DNA of 62,444 nt, the filler included. It is 6 parts of 6 records of this genome, joined end to end, with 100 filler letters (N's around TTAATTAATTAA, not from the genome) between each part and the next. Parts side by side here need not be neighbours in the genome. Positions count along the whole stretch, not along the records: positions 1 to 20,461 come from SRR20825006_2917; 5 more parts are not named here. The stretch is one strand, 5' to 3'. The translations under genes were made by a program, and so were the position numbers. The notes below the pieces were generated by a model that saw nothing but the letters and a program-made list of their open reading frames with translations, had not been told where the DNA came from and did not search any database. This document shows, in pieces, positions 1-9,092 of the stretch. Each line of letters opens with the position of its first letter. Within the stretch, counting starts at the first letter, position 1.

Positions 1-70
1 CCTCGTGGGCTTGCCCCGAGGTAGTTGATTATCCCTCTTAATGCCTCGCAGTTTTTCCGCAAGGAGTTTA
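1..70 (-). repeat. REP-like / IS200-IS605-like hairpin repeat (one good copy at 1-30, degenerate copy at about 40-70), truncated by the contig end
   Basis: Reverse complement of 1-30 is AATCAACTACCTCGGGGCAAGCCCACGAGG, a bulged hairpin. It is 25/30 identical to 49776-49805 on another contig. Confidence 0.55.
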
Positions 71-967
71 CTTTTTTTTGTTTATTGAATTCTCTTTAGA
101 ACTCCATGGATATAATTCCTGATTTATAAATTTCTTCGGATATTCATCGTCATCATGAAAACCTAATTCAATATCCCTTCCGCTGTAAGGAATGTAATTA
201 GTTTTGAATATATAGTCCCATATACTCAATGTAATTCCGAAGTTAACCCCATATTTATTTGGCATTTCTTTACTATGATGCCAAATATGCATTTTAGGAT
301 TGTTTAAAATGTATTTAAACGGACCATAATCCCAACCAATATTTGCATGGTTTAGATGTCCAATAGTAATATTAAAAAAATGAACAATAGCCACTGCTTC
401 GATGTTATAACCTCCAATAATAGCAATAGGAAAGTATAAAATAGATTTATAAACTACTGGTTCCATCCAATGATAGCGAAAGTGAGCTGCAAATCCCATT
501 TCTTTTACGGAATGATGTGTTTTATGAAAATTCCAAAGAAATGGAATCCTGTGTAATAAAATATGTGTTCCCCATTGAATAAAATCGGCTACTATAAAAA
601 AGATAAATAGGCCTAATAACCAAGGTAGTTTTGAAGCATCAAAAAGTTGAAAATTAGAAAGTGAAGCTCCGAAAACATTTAGGAAATCATTAAAAATCTC
701 GGCTGCGGTATTGGATAGTGCAATTAATGCAATAAGATTTAATAAGAAAAAATTAAAGAAGAGATAGAAGGTATCTAACCAAAAATCTTCTCTAAAAATT
801 TTCTGATTTTTTCGCCAAGGAAATAAAATTTCGAGCCCCCAAATGGTGAAAGAAATAATGAGTAGTCCATAAAAGTAATTCTCCCAATGGAAGCTGGTAA
901 TTTCAGAAATCAGGTAATTAAAATATCCTGAATACGAATTTTTTATAATGTCGAAATACTTTTCCAA
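68..967 (-). CDS. Sterol desaturase / fatty acid hydroxylase family membrane di-iron protein
   Basis: His boxes HILLH, HKTHH, HLNH and HIWHH plus hydrophobic helices; TTG start. Confidence 0.9.
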   Translation of the reverse strand: MEKYFDIIKNSYSGYFNYLISEITSFHWENYFYGLLIISFTIWGLEILFPWRKNQKIFREDFWLDTFYLFFNFFLLNLIALIALSNTAAEIFNDFLNVFGASLSNFQLFDASKLPWLLGLFIFFIVADFIQWGTHILLHRIPFLWNFHKTHHSVKEMGFAAHFRYHWMEPVVYKSILYFPIAIIGGYNIEAVAIVHFFNITIGHLNHANIGWDYGPFKYILNNPKMHIWHHSKEMPNKYGVNFGITLSIWDYIFKTNYIPYSGRDIELGFHDDDEYPKKFINQELYPWSSKENSINKKK

Positions 968-1097
968 AGGATGCTCTTCTTAGCTTTTAAAATCTATTTT
1001 TATGATAAGGATTTTCCATAAAAAAGTCGGAATATTATTCAATAACTTACTTTTTAAAACATATGTTATTGGTTAGATTTTACTGTTAAGTTATAGT

Positions 1098-2066
1098 TTA
1101 ACAACATCCACCGCCGTCGTAATGCCAAGTAGATTCAGAAATAAAAATATCATTTCTCTCTAAATTTTTCAAGGTGTTAGCAGTTTTATCACAAACAGCA
1201 AGGGGTTGGTTTTGTAATAGAACATGTCCGTTTTTATCATCAAAATAATCCTCTTTACCGTAATAAATGGCAGCTTTTCCAGTAAAAACACAAGGGCCGT
1301 CTTTCGGCATTGGATCTTTTATGGCAGCCACTTCAATCGATTCAATGTAAATTAATTCTTCTGTATTGTAGTGCAATGGATCTAGAATTCTATATGGTTT
1401 TCTAGCTCTTATTTCGATGGTTCCAAAACCAGCATCGGTAAGCATTTTTACATATTCTTTTATAGGGAGGCTTCCACTTAAACACAATGCTCTAAGCTTA
1501 TCGTTGTTTCGGAGTTCCTCGCTCATTGGTTGCTCACAAGTGGGATCACTCATTACAAGTCGCCCATGTGGTTTTAAAACCCGATACATTTCTGAAATAG
1601 CCTTTTTTAATTCTTCAGTTTTAAAAATATTAAACAAACAATTTTGCGCTGCCACATCAATACTATTATCTGCAACAGGAAGGTGTAAAGCATCGCCTTT
1701 TTTTAAGTCTATAAAATCACTTTTAAACCAATTGTTTTGGGTTTCGGCTTCTTTAAAATTTTTACGAGAAGCTTCTAACATTTCATCTACAACATCTACA
1801 CCAATAACCCCATTTTTTTGACGAGAAAAATAAGCAAACTGTAAAAGTTCCATGCCTCCGCCTACACCAACATATAGAATTTTTGGATTGTTAACCAAAT
1901 CTCTTGGGTGTACAGTGCTCCCGCAACCATAGTTCATCTCTTGCATTATTTTCGGAATTTTTAATCCCGGTAATTCCCAAATAGGATTTGTGGTGCAACA
2001 AAGTCCAACATCTGGAGTTAAAGCAGCATTTTTATATACGTCTTTTGTAGTTTCTAAATAACTCAT
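1098..2066 (-). CDS. arsM: Arsenosugar-associated arsenite S-adenosylmethionine methyltransferase
   Basis: SAM motif LYVGVGGG, Cys motifs LCC, YGCG, SNC-like QNCLFN and C-terminal GGGCC; clustered with arsS. Confidence 0.85.
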   Translation of the reverse strand: MSYLETTKDVYKNAALTPDVGLCCTTNPIWELPGLKIPKIMQEMNYGCGSTVHPRDLVNNPKILYVGVGGGMELLQFAYFSRQKNGVIGVDVVDEMLEASRKNFKEAETQNNWFKSDFIDLKKGDALHLPVADNSIDVAAQNCLFNIFKTEELKKAISEMYRVLKPHGRLVMSDPTCEQPMSEELRNNDKLRALCLSGSLPIKEYVKMLTDAGFGTIEIRARKPYRILDPLHYNTEELIYIESIEVAAIKDPMPKDGPCVFTGKAAIYYGKEDYFDDKNGHVLLQNQPLAVCDKTANTLKNLERNDIFISESTWHYDGGGCC

Positions 2067-2878
2067 AGCTGCTTAATTAGTTTTTTGAAGAGTGTAATCA
2101 TTTTTGGTTCTGCTTCCCCGGCAATTCTAATAATTTCATTAATATCTACAGGTTCTAAATTATCTGGATCTCCTTCATCTGTAATTACAGAAATAGCGGC
2201 AACTGGCAGTTTTAAATGGTTGGCAACAATAACTTCTGGAACGGTACTCATTCCTACAGCATCGGCGCCAATAATTTTAAGGTATCTGTATTCCGCTTTT
2301 GTTTCTAATTGCGGACCAACTACCGAAACATACACCCCTTTTTGGAGGGAAATATTTTCTTGTTTTGCTGTGTTGATAATTGTATTTCTCATGTCAACGT
2401 CGTAGGGCTGACTCATATCCACAAATCGTTCTCCAAATTCGCTAACTCCTTTAAATGCTAGTGGAGAACCGCCTTGTAAATTAATATGGTCTTCAAGAAG
2501 CATTAAATCTCCTTTTTTATAATCTAAATTTATAGAGCCTGCAGCATTAGAAATAAGTAGTTTTTTAATTCCGAGTTCATGCATAGCACGAATTGGATAA
2601 GTAATATCAATAAAATCGTAACCTTCATACAGGTGAAAACGACCTTGCATAACCACTACTTTTTTACCTTCAATTTCACCATAAATTAATTTTCCGCTGT
2701 GGAATTCTACGGTAGCCAAAGGAAAAAATGGAATATGATTGTAATGAGCTACAATTGGATTTTCAATTTCATCTACCAATTTTCCTAGTCCAGTTCCTAA
2801 AACAATCCCAACTTCTGGAGCTTCAAAGCCCTTACTTTTTAAATATGCTGTTGTTTCTAGTAATTCGTTTTTGGTCAT
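2063..2878 (-). CDS. Purine nucleoside phosphorylase (trimeric PNP/MTAP family)
   Basis: Motifs GIVLGTGLG, MQGRFHLYEG, GPQLETKAE and GADAVGMSTVPE; its stop overlaps the arsM ATG (ATGA). Confidence 0.92.
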   Translation of the reverse strand: MTKNELLETTAYLKSKGFEAPEVGIVLGTGLGKLVDEIENPIVAHYNHIPFFPLATVEFHSGKLIYGEIEGKKVVVMQGRFHLYEGYDFIDITYPIRAMHELGIKKLLISNAAGSINLDYKKGDLMLLEDHINLQGGSPLAFKGVSEFGERFVDMSQPYDVDMRNTIINTAKQENISLQKGVYVSVVGPQLETKAEYRYLKIIGADAVGMSTVPEVIVANHLKLPVAAISVITDEGDPDNLEPVDINEIIRIAGEAEPKMITLFKKLIKQL

Positions 2879-2881
2879 AAT

Positions 2882-3490
2882 TTAATCTTTTAAAAATTTT
2901 TGAAATGCAGGATGTTCCTCAATATCTTCATACACATCCACATCATTAAGTTCTTCTAACAAAGCTACATTAATGGTTTTTAAATCTTCTAAAGTCTCTC
3001 TTAAAACAGTATCTGTGCCCCATTTTTTTTGTTGAAATATTTTAGGATACATTCTTTTTAAACCTAAAAGGTAATAACCTCCATCTGTAGCCGGTCCAAT
3101 TACCGCATCATAATTATTGAGTTTTTGGAAGGCTTCTTCAATGTGTTTTTCAGTAATATCGTACATATCACTACCAATAATTATTACATTTTGGTAACCT
3201 TCTTTGAAACTTTCGTCAAAAGCATGCATCATTCGTTCTCCGAGGTCACTACTACATTGCAGTTTTTTTTCAAAATGTTCTAGATTCCACAAATCTTTTT
3301 TCGGAATTTCTTCAGAATAATATACAACTTTATTACTGTTAACCCTTTTGGCAACTTTGGCGGTGTGTTCGAGTAAAAAAATGTATATCTCAAGGGCCTT
3401 TTTATCACCTATATCTTTAGCAAGTCTAGTTTTTACTTTTCCTAATTCTGGATTACGGATAAATATGATTAAAATATTTTTTTCTTTCAT
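2882..3490 (-). CDS. DUF2064/TIGR04282-type nucleotide-diphospho-sugar transferase-fold protein (arsenosugar-cluster associated, CofC-like)
   Basis: Motifs RNPELGKVKTRLA, DLGERM, IIIGSD, GPATDGGYYLLG and DVD. Confidence 0.85.
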   Translation of the reverse strand: MKEKNILIIFIRNPELGKVKTRLAKDIGDKKALEIYIFLLEHTAKVAKRVNSNKVVYYSEEIPKKDLWNLEHFEKKLQCSSDLGERMMHAFDESFKEGYQNVIIIGSDMYDITEKHIEEAFQKLNNYDAVIGPATDGGYYLLGLKRMYPKIFQQKKWGTDTVLRETLEDLKTINVALLEELNDVDVYEDIEEHPAFQKFLKD

Positions 3491-3506
3491 TTAAAAGCAC
3501 ATTATT

Positions 3507-4562
3507 TTAGACTACTGTTCCTTGGCAGCTACTTCCTGCGCCAGCAGTACAACCATAGCAATGTTGAGAGATAATAATATCTCTATTGTTTAAAATATCT
3601 TCATTGTACTCACTAACATGTTTTACTTTACTATCTACTTTGAGGTCGAGCATTTGGTTGAAGTCGCAATCATAAAGCCAACCATCCCAACTAATGGAAA
3701 TAGTATTGGTGCACATTACATTTTTTACTGCGGAAGGGTTAAAAGCTTCTACTAGGGAATACATATAATCTTCGTAGTTTTCTGAAGCGATGAGGTATTC
3801 CAAAAATCTAGAAATAGGAAGATTAGTAATGGCAAACAGATTGTGAAACTGAATTCCGAAATCGTCTATTAATGCTTTTTTGAAATCCTTTTCCATGGAG
3901 GCTTGATTGGTAGGTAAGAAAGCGCCAGCAGGATTGTAAACCAAATCCAGTTTTAAATTGCTATTCGGCATTCCGTAGCCAACAGCATTTAATTTTTTTA
4001 AAGCTTCTATTGATTTGTTAAAAACTCCCTGTCCGCGTTGTTTATCGGTCTTTTCTTTGGTCCAATGTGGCATGGAAGAAATTACATGGATATTGTGTTT
4101 TTTAAAAAAATCTGGAAGGTCGTTGTATTTTTTGTTCGCTTCAATAATGGTAAGGTTGCTTCGTACAATAAAATCTTCCACTCCAATTTTGGAAGCCTCC
4201 TCTACAAACCATCGGAAATTAGGATTCATTTCTGGAGCTCCTCCAGTTAAATCTAGCGTATGAGCCCCCGTATTTTTTATAATATCTAGACATTGTTGCA
4301 TGGTTTCCTTTGTCATTATTTCCTTACGGTCGGGGCCTGCATCTACATGGCAATGGGAGCATACTTGGTTGCACATATATCCCACATTAATTTGTAGGAT
4401 TTCTGTTTTATTTGGACGAAGCGGAAACTGATTTGTCTCTGCAATTTTGTCTTTAAAAGTAGGTAGTTCTCCATTCGCAAAAATTCCATTAGAAAGTATT
4501 TCTAATTGCTTTTTCGATTGAGAAAGTTGGTTTGCTCGTTTATGTAACGATTTTTTTAGCAT
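3507..4562 (-). CDS. arsS: Arsenosugar biosynthesis radical SAM enzyme
   Basis: CNQVCSHC radical SAM motif, DLTGGAPE, YDCDFNQML and Cys-rich C-terminus HCYGCTAGAGSSC. Confidence 0.9.
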   Translation of the reverse strand: MLKKSLHKRANQLSQSKKQLEILSNGIFANGELPTFKDKIAETNQFPLRPNKTEILQINVGYMCNQVCSHCHVDAGPDRKEIMTKETMQQCLDIIKNTGAHTLDLTGGAPEMNPNFRWFVEEASKIGVEDFIVRSNLTIIEANKKYNDLPDFFKKHNIHVISSMPHWTKEKTDKQRGQGVFNKSIEALKKLNAVGYGMPNSNLKLDLVYNPAGAFLPTNQASMEKDFKKALIDDFGIQFHNLFAITNLPISRFLEYLIASENYEDYMYSLVEAFNPSAVKNVMCTNTISISWDGWLYDCDFNQMLDLKVDSKVKHVSEYNEDILNNRDIIISQHCYGCTAGAGSSCQGTVV

Positions 4563-4756
4563 GTTGATATGTTAGCGTATAATGTCTTTTAAAATTGTCC
4601 TGTAAAGGAAATAAGCCTTACATTTTAGAGTTGTAAAGTTATGAAGTTACGTTGTTACACAGTACAGCTACTGCTAGAGAAGTTGTAGCAGATTCATATT
4701 TTTGAAAAATATAACCCTTAATTCCGTAATAACAACTAACAATCCATATTTTACAA

Positions 4757-5092
4757 TTACATGGACAACTTATCGTATTTCTTCATCATTTGAACCCCAT
4801 GGACCAAAGTAGCGCCACTCTCAATAGCAGCTCCAGCATGCACGGCTTCCATCATTTCTTCTTTAGTAATCCCTCTTTGGAGACCGTCTTTTGTATATGC
4901 ATCTATGCAATATGGGCATTTTACAACATGAGATACTGCTAATGCAATTAAAGACTTCTCTCTGGCTGTAAGAGCTCCTTCTTCAAAAACTTTTCCGTAG
5001 TAATCAAAAAATTTTTCTCCTAACTCCTCACTCCATTCTGTTATTTTAGGGAATTTTTTTAAATCTGCTGGGTCGTAATATGTCTTTTCCAT
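4757..5092 (-). CDS. Carboxymuconolactone decarboxylase/AhpD-like protein associated with arsS
   Basis: REKSLIALAV and a CPYC redox motif; lies upstream of arsS. Confidence 0.85.
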   Translation of the reverse strand: MEKTYYDPADLKKFPKITEWSEELGEKFFDYYGKVFEEGALTAREKSLIALAVSHVVKCPYCIDAYTKDGLQRGITKEEMMEAVHAGAAIESGATLVHGVQMMKKYDKLSM

Positions 5093-5231
5093 AGTTTAAT
5101 TGAGTATAAATATTGATTTTGTGAAATCCTAGTAGTATTGGACGTTTTTATTGCTATTTCTTACAAGAGAAAAATATTAAATTGTAATTTAGTTGCATAA
5201 GTAAAAGTAAAAGAAATAAAGAGATTCTAAG

Positions 5232-6011
5232 ATGAAGAAAGGATTTTTAATTGATATGGATGGTGTAATTTATGGTAATGACACCTTAATTCCTGGCGCT
5301 GATAAATTTATAAAAACATTGCAAAAAGAGAATATCCCTTTTTTGTTTATGACCAATAATAGTCAGCGTACCCCTTTAGACACAGTAAATAAAGTGGCGA
5401 GGATGGGGATAAAAATAAAAGAAGAAAACGTCTATACAAGCGCAATGGCTACGGCTTATTTTTTATCTTTTATGAACCCAAACGGAACAGCTTATGTTTT
5501 AGGTGAAGGTGGATTAATAAGCAGTTTACATCAACACGGATATACATTAGTAAATCAAAATCCAGATTTTGTGGTGGTTGGAGAAGGAAGAAACTTCACT
5601 TTAGAAATGGTAAACAATGCAGTAGATATGATCCTCTCAGGAGCAAAATTAATAGCTACCAATTTAGATCCATCTCCTATGAAAAAGGGATGGTCTAATT
5701 TAGGAATAAAAGCTATTGTTGCCATGATTGAAGAAGCTACTGGAAAAAAAGCTTTTTCTGTAGGGAAACCGAGCCCCGTAATGATGCGTTCTGCAAGAAA
5801 GTATCTAGGTTTAGAAGCTCGAGAGACTATTATAATTGGAGATACAATGGATACCGATATTTTAGGAGGTGTCCAATTAGGATATACTACTATTTTGACG
5901 CTTTCTGGAGTTTCTAAAGAAAACGATTTAAACGATTATGCATTTAAACCAGATTTGATAATAAATTCTGTTGCGGAGCTAGATTTAAAAAAGGCTTTGG
6001 AACTTCAATAG
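5232..6011 (+). CDS. HAD-IIA family hydrolase (NagD-like)
   Basis: Motifs DMDGVI, TNNS, GKPS and GDTMDTDILGG. Confidence 0.9.
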   Translation: MKKGFLIDMDGVIYGNDTLIPGADKFIKTLQKENIPFLFMTNNSQRTPLDTVNKVARMGIKIKEENVYTSAMATAYFLSFMNPNGTAYVLGEGGLISSLHQHGYTLVNQNPDFVVVGEGRNFTLEMVNNAVDMILSGAKLIATNLDPSPMKKGWSNLGIKAIVAMIEEATGKKAFSVGKPSPVMMRSARKYLGLEARETIIIGDTMDTDILGGVQLGYTTILTLSGVSKENDLNDYAFKPDLIINSVAELDLKKALELQ

Positions 6012-6090
6012 AATTCTTACCTTTAAAACCAGTCAACCAGAAGCATTTCTGTTTCGGAAGGAATAGTATGCTTCAAAATGAAAACTTAGA

Positions 6091-7422
6091 ATGAGTAAAG
6101 TATTACAATGGGCCATCATCATCTCGCTTGGTGGTTTTTTATTTGGTTTTGATACCGCAGTAATTTCTGGAGCAGAACAATCAATACAGCAAACATGGGG
6201 TTTAAGCGACTTGATGCATGGTTTTGCAATTGCAGTTGCGCTTTACGGTACATTAATAGGAGCTATTTTTGGAGGATTTCCTTCGGATAAATATGGAAGA
6301 AGAAAAACCCTTTTTTGGATTGCAATTTTGTTTCTCGTATCGGCCATAGGTTCAGCTTTAGCATTAGATATATACTCCTTTGTAATCTTTAGATTTATTG
6401 GAGGAATTGCTGTTGGAGCATCCTCTGTAACAGCGCCTATTTATATTTCAGAAATTTCTCAAGCGCAAAATAGAGGGAAATTAGTAGCGTCTTTTCAATT
6501 AAATCTAGTTTTAGGTATTTTAATGGCTTATGTGTCTAATTATGTTATTAGCTTACTAAATTTAGAAAATGCTTGGAGATGGATGTTGGGAGTAGAAGCA
6601 ATTCCAGCTTTAGCTTTTGCACTTTTAGTAAGAAAACTCCCAAGAAGCCCAAGGTGGGTGTTGTTAAAACACAATGCCGAAGAAGAAGCACTACAGACTT
6701 TAAAATTAATTAATAATGATAATTATGAAGCGGAATTACAGGAAATAAAAGCCTCCGCAGCAATGGATGCAACTAAAACATCACTTAAAGAAAGGTTTTT
6801 ATCTAAGAAATATAGTTTTGTTATTCTCTTGGCATTCTTATTTGCATTTTTTAATCAGCTTTCAGGAATTAACTCTGTAATTTATTATGCACCAAGAATA
6901 TTTAGAGATGCTGGGCTGGGGAGCGAATCTTCAATGTTTTCTACGGTAGGAATTGGGATTATAAATTTAATATTTACCCTTGTTGGAATGTATCTAATAG
7001 ATAGAAGCGGACGAAAAAAGCTTATGTATATTGGTTCTATCGGGTATATTATTTCGTTATTTTTTATAGGAAGAGCTTTTGATACAGGAAATACTGAAGG
7101 GAGCATAGTGCCTATATTATCATTTATATTTATTGCATCTCATGCTATTGGTCAAGGAGCTGTAATTTGGGTTTTTATTTCTGAAATATTCCCAAATAAA
7201 GTAAGAGCTTACGGAATGTCTTTAGGAAGTTCTACACATTGGATTTTTGCAGCATTGATAACAAACTTTTTCCCTTACTTTACAGAAGTTGTAGGGCCAG
7301 CGCCAATATTCTATTTCTTTGCTGGAATGATGATTTTACAATTGTTATTTGTAATCTTTTTAATGCCAGAAACAAAGGGAAAATCTCTTGAGGATTTGTC
7401 GAAATCACTTTTGAAAAAGTAA
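6091..7422 (+). CDS. MFS sugar porter family transporter
   Basis: GGFLFGFDTAVISG, DKYGRR, PRSPRW, NQLSGINSVIYY, PETKG; about 12 TM segments. Confidence 0.93.
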   Translation: MSKVLQWAIIISLGGFLFGFDTAVISGAEQSIQQTWGLSDLMHGFAIAVALYGTLIGAIFGGFPSDKYGRRKTLFWIAILFLVSAIGSALALDIYSFVIFRFIGGIAVGASSVTAPIYISEISQAQNRGKLVASFQLNLVLGILMAYVSNYVISLLNLENAWRWMLGVEAIPALAFALLVRKLPRSPRWVLLKHNAEEEALQTLKLINNDNYEAELQEIKASAAMDATKTSLKERFLSKKYSFVILLAFLFAFFNQLSGINSVIYYAPRIFRDAGLGSESSMFSTVGIGIINLIFTLVGMYLIDRSGRKKLMYIGSIGYIISLFFIGRAFDTGNTEGSIVPILSFIFIASHAIGQGAVIWVFISEIFPNKVRAYGMSLGSSTHWIFAALITNFFPYFTEVVGPAPIFYFFAGMMILQLLFVIFLMPETKGKSLEDLSKSLLKK

Positions 7423-7633
7423 AATGTTATGTAAGTATTGGAGCGTTAAACTTTGATTATCGAGCAAAAAGCATTTATAAATTTAAAGAAGTACATTTTT
7501 AGTGTTAAATAAGCTGAAAAATTTAATCTAATCTTTTGTTTTTGGTTAACTTAACCATTATTATTGGAGGTGTAAATTGCCTTGATGTATTAAATACCAA
7601 TTGCCGAGTCAATAAGAAAACGAAGTGTCAATT

Positions 7634-7873
7634 ATGAATATTTTACTTTTTGGGATCACAAGAGAGATAGTTGGAGATGCTTCTTTATATATTTCTGCGG
7701 AAGAAAAAATAAAAACTGTACAGCAGCTTAGGCTTTTTCTGATGGAGCAGTATCCAGCACTCAAAAAACTTTCTTCGTTGGCAATTGCTGTAAATAATAA
7801 GTATGCGCAAGAAGAAGATAATATCACAATTGATGATGAAATTGCACTGATTCCTCCAGTTAGTGGCGGATGA
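7634..7873 (+). CDS. moaD: Molybdopterin synthase sulfur carrier
   Basis: Ubiquitin-like size with C-terminal PPVSGG; first gene of the Moco cluster. Confidence 0.9.
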   Translation: MNILLFGITREIVGDASLYISAEEKIKTVQQLRLFLMEQYPALKKLSSLAIAVNNKYAQEEDNITIDDEIALIPPVSGG

Positions 7874-7898
7874 TTTTATGAAGCTATTAAAAAATTAT

Positions 7899-8882
7899 AT
7901 GTTAATAGACAACCATAATAGAGTTATAAATTATTTAAGATTGGCGGTTACAGACCGTTGCAATTTACGTTGCAATTATTGTATGCCAGAAGAAGGGATT
8001 GATTTTGCAAAGCGCAAAGATTTATTTTCAATGGAGGAGCTTTGTAGGTTGAGTAGTATAATGGTTTCTCAAGGGATTAATAAAATTAGATTAACAGGCG
8101 GGGAGCCTTTTGTTAGAAAAGATTTAATGGTTTTATTTCGTCATTTAGCTTCTTTAGAAGGTTTAGACGATATTTCTGTTACTACCAATGCTACTTTAAT
8201 TGGACCCTATATAAACGAATTAAAGTCCTTAGGAATAAAAAACATCAATGTAAGTTTAGATGCTATAAATAAAGATGTTTTTGAGAGAATAACCAGAAGA
8301 AATCAGTATGAAACGGTTTATGAAAACCTTATAAAATTGATTTCTGAAGGTTTTAATGTGCGGATTAATTGTATTGCCTTAGAGGGGCAGAATATTGAAG
8401 AGATTATTCCATTAGTAGAACTCACAAAATATTACAATGTCTCAGTTCGGTTTTTGGAAGAAATGCCTTTTAATGGAGGTTCAAAAAGCTTCAATACTAT
8501 TAAATGGGACTATAAAGCTATTTATGAGCATATTGCCAATCGTTTTGATGCGATTGAAAAATTAGTTTCAGAAAAAACATCTACCTCTATAAATTATAAA
8601 ATCAAAGATTATAAAGGAACTTTTGGGCTTATCCCGTCTTTTTCGAGAACATTTTGCGGAAGTTGCAATCGCCTACGGATTTCTGCTACTGGAGATGTTA
8701 TTACTTGCCTGTACGGAAAACCAAGGATGAATATTAGAACCCTATTAAGAAGTGAAAATTCAGAAGAAAAAATAAAACAACATATTCTAGCAACCATAGG
8801 AAGTCGTTCTAAAACAGGCTTTGAAGAACAAGAAAAATACAAAGGTGTTTTTAATAATTCGATGACCTCAATTGGAGGGTAG
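7899..8882 (+). CDS. moaA: GTP 3',8-cyclase
   Basis: CNLRCNYC, LTGGEP, FCGSCNRLR...C and a C-terminal GG. The start may instead be 7878. Confidence 0.93.
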   Translation: MLIDNHNRVINYLRLAVTDRCNLRCNYCMPEEGIDFAKRKDLFSMEELCRLSSIMVSQGINKIRLTGGEPFVRKDLMVLFRHLASLEGLDDISVTTNATLIGPYINELKSLGIKNINVSLDAINKDVFERITRRNQYETVYENLIKLISEGFNVRINCIALEGQNIEEIIPLVELTKYYNVSVRFLEEMPFNGGSKSFNTIKWDYKAIYEHIANRFDAIEKLVSEKTSTSINYKIKDYKGTFGLIPSFSRTFCGSCNRLRISATGDVITCLYGKPRMNIRTLLRSENSEEKIKQHILATIGSRSKTGFEEQEKYKGVFNNSMTSIGG

Positions 8883-8889
8883 TTTTTGA

Positions 8890-9074
8890 AGTACAAAGTG
8901 TTTAGAATAAAGTATTAAGTACAAAGTATCAAGTACGAAGTATTTAGAGTAAAGAGCAAAGAGATAAAAGTATTTAGAATAAAGTATTAATTATCAAGTA
9001 TTTAGAATAAAGAATATAGAGCAAAGACAAGTAAAGTCTAGAATCTTAATACTTCGTACTTGATACTTTATACT
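8890..9074. repeat. Intergenic heptamer-periodic repeat with a 27-bp inverted repeat
   Basis: AGTACAAAGTATCAAGTACGAAGTATT (8918-8944) pairs with 9048-9074 with one mismatch. TTTAGAATAAAG occurs three times in the region. Confidence 0.8.
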
Positions 9075-9092
9075 ACCTGCTAAAAACAAAAA

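Noticed and set aside
3507-3560. Selenocysteine in the ArsS C-terminal GSS(U/C) motif
   Set aside because: The codon is TGC (Cys) and the gene ends in TAA, so no recoding is needed.
8890-9074. CRISPR array
   Set aside because: The units are degenerate 7-mers with no constant repeat/unique spacer pattern, and no cas genes are present.
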